A DNA stretch of 30,338 nucleotides, taken from positions 1-30,338 of the IMG/VR virus record IMGVR_UViG_3300021356_000108. One strand, 5' to 3'. The notes under the pieces are model-generated. The model saw only the letters and a list, made by a program, of their open reading frames with translations. It made no database searches and had not been told where the DNA came from. A program made the translations under genes and the position numbers. Shown piece by piece: positions 17,229-23,892 of this stretch. How positions within the stretch are numbered: position 1 is the first letter of the stretch; every line of letters begins with the position of its first letter. This stretch comes from a virus. Taxonomy: Duplodnaviria; Caudoviricetes.

Positions 17229-19849
17229 TTTCTAAAATCTTTTATTTTTCTTAATTTTGATATTGGTTGTGTGACAGACCTGTCTGTTTTCTTATGCGAC
17301 CCATCTTCCATAATCGCCCAAACTACCATTGTGGCTTCGTTATCAGTATTGTTTACTGAACTTACTACACCGTGAACTGTTGATGGGGGATCAGGATCTT
17401 TATTGATTGACCAAGATACAGTATCTCCAACTTTAACAGACTCTGCTTTCTCACTTCTAGCTGAGTTCATTTCAACTTCTGCTAAAGCCTCTGCCTCTTC
17501 GGTAGATACATTGATTTCCTCAATAATAAGATTTGCATTTTTCTTAGAACTTAATGGGTGATTGCTTGGTAATAAATCTGTGTCATAAGGTTTTCTCTTA
17601 AATTTACCTGTTCTTAAAGCTCTTAATAGCCCATTCACTCTGGCCATTGCCCACTGCTGAGGTCCTGCAACATTACCTCTTACTGATCCCGGATTGTTTT
17701 GATATGCAGCCAAACCTCTATTGTAAGACGCTGTTAGCATTCTTAATGTAGCTCTATACTTAGGATTTTTTGAATTATGATCTTCTACTTTTTTTCTAAG
17801 ACTAGCTTTAACTTTTGCACTAAGCGCTTTTTCTTCTATTTCTAGTAATAAAGCTTCTTGTATTTTTCTTCTTTCACGAATTACTTTTTTGTATTCATTT
17901 ACAATTTTTTTCATAGAGCTAACACCAGACTTAGTGACACCACCCCATTTCATTACTGCGATAGTACCGTTTAATCTTGTATTACCTTTGTGACGATTCA
18001 TAAATCTTTCTCTACGCTTTACCCAACTTAAAACAGATCCTGATCTATCACCGGAACGATATTTACCCCAACGATTAAATGCATCATTACCTGTAAATGA
18101 AGTTGGTGGATTACCACCTGTACCGGCTCTACGCCAAATTTCAGGCCAATCTTCTTTTAGATTTTTTACATAGTTGTAATCAGGAAATTGTTTATGCTGT
18201 GAATTAGAAATTGATATTGTTTGATTGTCGCCTGATCTTGGAAAGTTAGTTATCTTAGGTGCTTTTTCATCTTTTTTCATGCGAGATAATGCTTCGTTGG
18301 CCTGTGTTTCACTTTCATAACATTTTATAACTTCGTTAGTATCGTGATCTAAAATACACCAAGCACCGTTAGGCATTTCGGCTACATACTTTTCTTCGGT
18401 CAAACGAGTCGGTGTAGGTTTTAAAATACCTGACCTTTGACTATCTACTTGTGCGCCACCGGTTGTTAAAACTTTATCAATAAGTTGTTTAGCAATTTCT
18501 ACAACAGGATCTTCTTTTGGCTCTTCTTCTTTTGGTTGATCTTCTTGTACAGGTCTTTTACCGTCAGCACTAACCTCAACCATATTTAGTGGTCTTAAAT
18601 ATACATCGTGTGTTTCGTCAGTTGAAAGTCCTGCTTGTTTTCTTGCTTCGCCTATTGTCACCCAACCACCACTTACAGCAGTATTCATTCTTTTATAAAC
18701 ATCGTCTTTATCTTGTGACAAAGCCCTTACATCGTCTAAGTTGTATTTTATATGAAGCTCTTGTGCGCTGAAATCTTTTCTTAATAATTGATGTGTTAGC
18801 TCGGATGCAACTGATTTCCATAGAGGTACTAATTTTTGTTCGGTAAAGAACTCTCTAAGTTCACGAGTGTTGTTATATGTAGCTGCGTCCAAACCTGCAC
18901 CTAGTCCGGCCAATATTGCAGGTACACCTAAAACTGCGGAAACTCTTTCTTCAGGGATCTTCCTTAGTTCAGCTAAATTCATTTGATCTGGTGAAAAAGA
19001 TACGACTTCTACATTCATTGATCCCGATAAGACCATAGGTGCGCCACGGTTTTTTCCGCCAAACTTTTGTTTATACATAGCGGATATTGCTTCTGCCTCT
19101 TCTTTCGAAGGACCGCCCATTGAGTCATCTTTGGGTGAGAGGATGACACCGGGTACAGCCATGTTATGTAAGAGTGCTGCTGCATACTGTCCTGCCGCTT
19201 CATCACCCAAGATTTCTCTTAATACAGATTTTAATGGGGCGAATCCGCGCCTATGGTTATTAGGGTCAATACCATTTCGTATATGCACAATATCATTGGT
19301 TGGAACGACTATACTATTACCCCCAAGACCACCATAAGGGCTGTACTTAAAATGTGTTATTAATGTATCTTCATCACCCTTTGGCTCTACTAAGTTTGGC
19401 ATCAAAGGAACGAGCTGTACCACACTTCCGTCAGTATTTCGGTTTTTATATAAATAAGCGTCACCATAAGCAGATAATGAAACGACAATATAGTGAGCAA
19501 GTAAAGTTCCGGAAGTAAAAGGATTAGGTCTTTCTAAGAGTTTTACAATAGGATGATCCTTTACAAATTCAAAATCACCGGCGTCGGTATCTTGATAAAC
19601 TAAAGGTCTTGGCTCAGCGAAAGAAGTTGCTAAAACATTTAAACAAGCGACTACTGCCGAGTTGTTAGATCCATCTCCAATATCATCTAACGAGGTAGTA
19701 GGCCAATATCCTGATTCTGTGTTATAGCCGTAAACAGCTCTATCTAAAGATGTTTGTTGATTGTATCTATTGTATTTTTGTTCTTGTCTTTTAGTTGGTG
19801 CGTTTAAAAATTCTATTGCTCTTTGCACCCGTGATTTGTTTTCTGCCAT
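17225..19849 (-). CDS. HK97-family portal protein fused to several C-terminal accessory domains, 874 aa
   Basis: NSAVVACL, HPIVKLLERPNP, GDAYLY, DIVHIR, GFAPL, VLGVPAILAG, ATYNN, VTIGEARKQAGL in the first ~430 aa; follows TerL. Confidence 0.93.
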   Translation of the reverse strand: MAENKSRVQRAIEFLNAPTKRQEQKYNRYNQQTSLDRAVYGYNTESGYWPTTSLDDIGDGSNNSAVVACLNVLATSFAEPRPLVYQDTDAGDFEFVKDHPIVKLLERPNPFTSGTLLAHYIVVSLSAYGDAYLYKNRNTDGSVVQLVPLMPNLVEPKGDEDTLITHFKYSPYGGLGGNSIVVPTNDIVHIRNGIDPNNHRRGFAPLKSVLREILGDEAAGQYAAALLHNMAVPGVILSPKDDSMGGPSKEEAEAISAMYKQKFGGKNRGAPMVLSGSMNVEVVSFSPDQMNLAELRKIPEERVSAVLGVPAILAGLGAGLDAATYNNTRELREFFTEQKLVPLWKSVASELTHQLLRKDFSAQELHIKYNLDDVRALSQDKDDVYKRMNTAVSGGWVTIGEARKQAGLSTDETHDVYLRPLNMVEVSADGKRPVQEDQPKEEEPKEDPVVEIAKQLIDKVLTTGGAQVDSQRSGILKPTPTRLTEEKYVAEMPNGAWCILDHDTNEVIKCYESETQANEALSRMKKDEKAPKITNFPRSGDNQTISISNSQHKQFPDYNYVKNLKEDWPEIWRRAGTGGNPPTSFTGNDAFNRWGKYRSGDRSGSVLSWVKRRERFMNRHKGNTRLNGTIAVMKWGGVTKSGVSSMKKIVNEYKKVIRERRKIQEALLLEIEEKALSAKVKASLRKKVEDHNSKNPKYRATLRMLTASYNRGLAAYQNNPGSVRGNVAGPQQWAMARVNGLLRALRTGKFKRKPYDTDLLPSNHPLSSKKNANLIIEEINVSTEEAEALAEVEMNSARSEKAESVKVGDTVSWSINKDPDPPSTVHGVVSSVNNTDNEATMVVWAIMEDGSHKKTDRSVTQPISKLRKIKDFRN

Positions 19850-21091
19850 TTAATATGCCGTCCATTCCCGTTTGGCCTGTGCGCTTAAAACTCCATAACC
19901 GATTGCGTCCACTATGTCATCATGATGACCTACCGGAAAACTCATTAATTCTCTTTCCACTTCGGGCAACCACATAGCGCCCTGTCTTAAATACAGATCT
20001 CCGCTTTCCATTCTTGCGGCTAAAGGTAAAGCTCTTGAAACTTTATCTTTGTCAGCACGCAACTCTTTAACAGCAAGACCATCCCTTTTCGCAAATTGGA
20101 TAAGCGAAAGCTGGAAACCTGCTCGTTCCATTCCTACCCATTGTAAATCATATTCCGCCATTTTTTGTCTTATTCGGGGTATTATGTCCGGTGCTTCCAT
20201 CCTTTGTCGATCAACATCAAGTAGCAATATTTTACCCATTGGCGTCACGGCAAAGCTAGCTATTACTGTATAGTCAGCACCTTCTTGTATAGAGGTAGCT
20301 AAGTCAACGGTACAAAACCTAGAACAATCATATAATTCTACGGTTTCACCACTAGCAAAAAATCTACCATTTTTTTCCTTAAAATATCTAAGCCAATCAG
20401 GTTGCAACATACCCTGTCCCGCTTCTACAAATTCAGCTAAATACTCTTGAGCGTAAACTATTGACCCTACTTCATCTTTTGCTTTTTCTACTTCTTCTCG
20501 ATCAATAAAAGGGTTGTCAAATGTAGCAAATTGGAATTTTTCCCAATCGTCTTTTTTATCAGCAAATTCCCATAATTCATAAAACCAATTATTCATACCC
20601 ATAGGTGTTGAGATAAATAAAGCACCACCTTTTCTTTCAGTAAGAGTAGGTCTTAATACTTGATGCCAAACATCAGGTTTTACGAACGCAGCTTCGTCCA
20701 TTACTAAATAATCTAAACCCTCACCACGAAGTCTATGTGGCGTATCGGCTGATCTAACTGCAATAGATCCACCTCCGGGAAACTTTACTTCCATATTGAC
20801 CAATGATATTTCAGGCTCTATTGCTTCTGGAAATGATCTGGCTGACTCTAAAATGTCACGCCAACCAACTCTTGCTATTGTGTATGTAGGTGCTACCCAC
20901 CAAGCTCTTTTACCTGCTAAAGCAGTTTGTAAACATAATTGAACGCCTAGTCTTGATTTACCAAATCGCCGTCCTGCACATAATATTTTCCAACGAGCGT
21001 CGCTTTCAGCAACTTTTAATTGTGCTTCGTGTAATTCAGGAAATTCTGCAATTACTGTGCGACCGGCTTTATTATTTACTTGAACATCCAT
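19850..21091 (-). CDS. terL: Terminase large subunit
   Basis: Walker A AGRRFGKS, Walker B LVMDEAAF, ISTPMG, AQEYLAEF, nuclease TVDLA and HDDIVDA; probable ATG at 21091. Confidence 0.96.
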   Translation of the reverse strand: MDVQVNNKAGRTVIAEFPELHEAQLKVAESDARWKILCAGRRFGKSRLGVQLCLQTALAGKRAWWVAPTYTIARVGWRDILESARSFPEAIEPEISLVNMEVKFPGGGSIAVRSADTPHRLRGEGLDYLVMDEAAFVKPDVWHQVLRPTLTERKGGALFISTPMGMNNWFYELWEFADKKDDWEKFQFATFDNPFIDREEVEKAKDEVGSIVYAQEYLAEFVEAGQGMLQPDWLRYFKEKNGRFFASGETVELYDCSRFCTVDLATSIQEGADYTVIASFAVTPMGKILLLDVDRQRMEAPDIIPRIRQKMAEYDLQWVGMERAGFQLSLIQFAKRDGLAVKELRADKDKVSRALPLAARMESGDLYLRQGAMWLPEVERELMSFPVGHHDDIVDAIGYGVLSAQAKREWTAY

Positions 21092-21108
21092 CAAGTAGAG
21101 TTTAGCAA

Positions 21109-22179
21109 CTAATTATCGTGAACTTTGTTTAATACGATTATATAAGCTGTTGTGTCAACAAGACTTTTTTGCTGTATAGCGGTAAGCTCGCTGTCTTTTG
21201 TGACTAGATATTTAGATTTAGCAGTAATTACTTGCTCAAGATCAAAATTCATAGTGTTCTCTACAAGTCTAAATAAATCTTGTAAATTAAAATCAGGATA
21301 GTTTCTTGTAATTATTGCTACTTTAGAATTTAAAGAACAACTTGTGCTTAGACTTAGTATTGTTCTAGCTAAATAATTTTCAATATCTACTCTACCCATA
21401 TTGTACTCTGCGTCCAAAGAATTAAATATAATAAGGTCTGCTTCGCCCATGCTTGCGGGGAATCTATCGTTTATAAAATCAAATTTTTCTACTTTTTTAG
21501 CGCTTGGGATCGGATCAAGATCGTAAGACTTACAATCAAAACCCATAGCTGTTGCAACATCTTTTGTGACTTGGAATTTATCACTCATATCAATAAGTTT
21601 TGTTTCGCTAGGAACTCCACCATAAAAATAAAGTAAATTACCTATAAGTTGTGGGTGTGTTTTGTTTTCCTCGTCATATCCATACAATTCATTTTTTTTA
21701 CCAAAAGACCAAAATGTTGTTGGCTTGTAATTTAAACCTAGATCTTCTAAGTCAACATTGTCGCTTTCTATAATTGTTTCTAAAACTTTTTGTTTTTTAA
21801 TTATTGACCTTAGTGCTTTTACAGACAAGCCCTCGTCAATAGCTTTATCTAAATATTCTTTTTGCAATCCTGCGTCTAATGATGCAACCTCCGAGTGATG
21901 TGTCCAAGACAATTCGGGATTTCGTCTTTCTAAAGGTACTTTGTTTGCAACATAAGAAGCCTTACTAAAAGTATTGTAAGGTATTTCCATATTCAAAGCT
22001 TGTGCTGCGAGTTCACCGTATTTGCGATCGCCAAAGTTCCACCAATCACCAAGCCACCACATAATATTTTGAGTTGCTTGCATTAGGTTTTGTCCTATTT
22101 CCAACCACTGCTCATAAGTAAGATCTTCTGCAAATTGGTAATAGTTGCTATCACGCTTAGTTTCTACTATCTCTCCCAT
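21109..22179 (-). CDS. LmbU-like N-terminal domain fused to a degenerate methyltransferase fold, 356 aa
   Basis: WWLGDWWNFGDRKYGE..LSWTHHSEVA..GLSVKALR (LmbU-like); C-terminal half has MTase-like spacing but no FxGxG or PPY motif. Confidence 0.65.
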   Translation of the reverse strand: MGEIVETKRDSNYYQFAEDLTYEQWLEIGQNLMQATQNIMWWLGDWWNFGDRKYGELAAQALNMEIPYNTFSKASYVANKVPLERRNPELSWTHHSEVASLDAGLQKEYLDKAIDEGLSVKALRSIIKKQKVLETIIESDNVDLEDLGLNYKPTTFWSFGKKNELYGYDEENKTHPQLIGNLLYFYGGVPSETKLIDMSDKFQVTKDVATAMGFDCKSYDLDPIPSAKKVEKFDFINDRFPASMGEADLIIFNSLDAEYNMGRVDIENYLARTILSLSTSCSLNSKVAIITRNYPDFNLQDLFRLVENTMNFDLEQVITAKSKYLVTKDSELTAIQQKSLVDTTAYIIVLNKVHDN

Positions 22180-22214
22180 AACTTTATTTTACTATATTAA
22201 ATGTTTAGTGTGAC

Positions 22215-22274
22215 AAAAAAAGAAAATTCCGGTTGCTCTAGGGGAAACAATTATAAAAACCTAGAGCTACCAGA
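22215..22274 (-). terminator. Terminator-like hairpin with a 17-nt loop after thioredoxin
   Basis: TCTGGTAGCTCTAGG/CCTAGAGCAACCGGA stem (one G-U, one mismatch) followed by ATTTTCTTTTTTT. Confidence 0.7.
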
Positions 22275-22278
22275 TATA

Positions 22279-22599
22279 TCAAGTAATATGCTTTGCAAAA
22301 GAATCTTTTACATTTCCAATATTTACATTGGAACGAACTTCAGCAACAGGCAATCCTTTGTTAAACGCTATAAAGGTTGGCACACTATAAATACTATAAT
22401 GTGAAGCAATCTTAGGTGCTTGGTCAATATCAAGTGCGACAAATTCGCAATCTTGATCTTCCCAAGACTTAGCAAGATTTTCTACTGCCGGTGTGATCTG
22501 CTTACATGGTTGACACCAATCAGCTTCAAATTTCACGATAGTAGTAGTATCTCTAAGTACTGTGTCTGTGAAGTCCTCTTGATTTATTTTGCGTATCAT
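22279..22599 (-). CDS. trxA: Thioredoxin, 106 aa
   Basis: FEADWCQPCK active site, SVPTF cis-Pro loop; probable leaderless ATG at 22599. Confidence 0.93.
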   Translation of the reverse strand: MIRKINQEDFTDTVLRDTTTIVKFEADWCQPCKQITPAVENLAKSWEDQDCEFVALDIDQAPKIASHYSIYSVPTFIAFNKGLPVAEVRSNVNIGNVKDSFAKHIT

Positions 22600-22648
22600 A
22601 GTTTTACTATAATAACACAACTTGAATCATAGTTGGTAAAATCAATAT

Positions 22649-22792
22649 ATGAAAAAAATTAAAACTGTAAAAAAAGAACACGCGCCAACAATGAATAGAA
22701 AAGCTCGTCGTCAACTTGCAAAAAAAATTAGAAAAGATTTGGGCAAGGCTGTACCGTTAGATACAGCCGATGATGGGAGGAAGTCGGTTTAG
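22649..22792 (+). CDS. 47-aa basic micro-protein
   Basis: MKKIKTVKKEHAPTMNRKARRQLAKKIRKDLGKAVPLDTADDGRKSV*; TGG-TAAAAT-N6-ATG leaderless start. Confidence 0.6.
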   Translation: MKKIKTVKKEHAPTMNRKARRQLAKKIRKDLGKAVPLDTADDGRKSV

Positions 22793-22837
22793 TAGCCGAC
22801 CTAACTATCATAGACTATTTGATTTTAGTTTCAGGTA

Positions 22838-22935
22838 AATAAAAAGAGTCGGTTGCCCGACTCTCTTTACCGTATCAACAAAGGGCTGCTTTATTGAAAT
22901 CTATTCTTGCTATGGACTACCATAGACGATTACAA
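22838..22935 (-). ncRNA. Candidate ~95-nt three-hairpin small RNA
   Basis: TAGAAT at 22945-22940; hairpins CTATGG-TAGT-CCATAG, TCAATAAAG-CAGCC-CTTTGTTGA, AGAGTCGG-GCAA-CCGACTCT plus U tract. Confidence 0.45.
22841..22868. terminator. Probably bidirectional intrinsic terminator
   Basis: AGAGTCGG-TTGC-CCGACTCT (GCAA tetraloop on minus strand) between convergent units, with A and T tracts flanking. Confidence 0.8.
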
Positions 22936-22942
22936 TACTATT

Positions 22943-23140
22943 CTACTTCTCGTCAAATTTTTTGCAAATACCTAAGTATAAATTTACAAGATCGTCTGCG
23001 TCTTGTACTAAGTTAATACCTTTTATTCTCATATAGTTAAATTGTTTCAAAACAACTTCTTTAAGATCACCATCGCTAATTAGTTCGTCAATAGCGTCTT
23101 CTCTTTTTGTTCCCGGAGGAAAATTTGGTATATCAGCCAT
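22943..23140 (-). CDS. Hypothetical protein, 65 aa
   Basis: TAATG coupling; AAGGGA upstream. Confidence 0.7.
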   Translation of the reverse strand: MADIPNFPPGTKREDAIDELISDGDLKEVVLKQFNYMRIKGINLVQDADDLVNLYLGICKKFDEK

Positions 23141-23325
23141 TAAATTGTCCCTTCTGCTTTTATTCCCGTCAAAGCTTCGTATTCGTCATTTTCTACAGGT
23201 GATATAGTTGGTGGTATATAATCTTTTTCTGCTAAAAACATATCCCACAACTTTTGTAAAGCGTCATCCGAGTTCTTTGCTGTGACTTCAAAAGTAATTT
23301 TAAAGTCCATTAACGGCTCACTCAC
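23140..23325 (-). CDS. Hypothetical protein, 61 aa
   Basis: Coupled to both neighbours; FEVTAKNSDDA strand-helix motif resembles the upstream ORF. Confidence 0.65.
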   Translation of the reverse strand: MSEPLMDFKITFEVTAKNSDDALQKLWDMFLAEKDYIPPTISPVENDEYEALTGIKAEGTI

Positions 23326-23515
23326 TTGTACCCTCTATCTCTGTGTATTTTTTATGAATATCACAATGATAGCTTATTTTACTTTGCAGTAAGAGATCGT
23401 TTTGAGAATTTTGTTTAAAATCAAATATTTTTTGTACTTCTTTTATTGCCTCTTCATTACTGTCAGCATCAATAATGTAATCTTCTGTTAATTCAAAAGT
23501 GACCATTATTTTCAT
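23318..23515 (-). CDS. Hypothetical protein, 65 aa
   Basis: Strong GGGAGGA RBS; YIIDADSNEEAI motif. Confidence 0.72.
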   Translation of the reverse strand: MKIMVTFELTEDYIIDADSNEEAIKEVQKIFDFKQNSQNDLLLQSKISYHCDIHKKYTEIEGTSE

Positions 23516-23530
23516 TTACTTCCTCCCATG

Positions 23531-23586
23531 ATTCTATTCTACTCTATTCTATTATACTCTATTCTACTCTTATCTACTCTACTCTA
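23531..23586. repeat. Tandem pentamer tract (ACTCT/ATTCT)n
   Basis: About 11 degenerate 5-mers, strongly purine/pyrimidine asymmetric, non-coding. Confidence 0.85.
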
Positions 23587-23594
23587 GCGCGTTA

Positions 23595-23629
23595 TTGTCA
23601 CAAATTGTCACGATTTGTCACATGTGACA
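23595..23629. repeat. Iteron-like TTGTCAC repeats with 10-bp phasing and a 14-bp palindrome (candidate replication origin/operator)
   Basis: TTGTCAC at 23595, 23605, 23615; TGTCACATGTGACA at 23616-23629; followed by an AT-rich stretch 23630-23670. Confidence 0.7.
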
Positions 23630-23748
23630 TAAAAAAATAAATAATCAATATTTATGGGATTTTAAAAGATTGTAGTCGACGACAAGTTTACAAAATGTTA
23701 ACAATTAAAGGCTGTTAATGTTTTGTAAAACTGCTATATTTGTTAGCT

Positions 23749-23892
23749 ATGGATTATTTTTTAGGATTTATATTTGGTTTCTTTGTTAAAGAAACATTAG
23801 CGTATCTCAAGCAACTAAGCGATTGGGATTACGATAACCGCCGTGGTTATGAATTTGATTTAGATCCTCTTACTGAGGACGATTTACCTTAG
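23749..23892 (+). CDS. 47-aa small membrane-associated protein
   Basis: MDYFLGFIFGFFVKETLAYLKQLSDWDYDNRRGYEFDLDPLTEDDLP*; TGC-TATATT 8 nt upstream of ATG. Confidence 0.6.
   Translation: MDYFLGFIFGFFVKETLAYLKQLSDWDYDNRRGYEFDLDPLTEDDLP

Noticed and set aside
16848-19206. Minus-strand ORFs 16848..17057 and 19015..19206
   Set aside because: The first is the antisense shadow of plus-strand ORFs that have a clear promoter; the second is a short off-frame ORF inside the portal core with no motifs
22838-22935. tRNA or SAM riboswitch
   Set aside because: No cloverleaf or TTCGA arm, no SAM-I/II/V consensus recognisable by eye, and no downstream same-strand gene to regulate
23531-23629. CRISPR array or DGR repeat
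   Set aside because: Repeat units are 5-10 bp with no unique spacers; no cas or reverse transcriptase gene
23520-23630. TAG-recoded (code 15) ORF through the pentamer tract
   Set aside because: The frame also contains TAA, TAG ends several genes here (8410, 12946, 21109, 28021), and long genes are open in code 11
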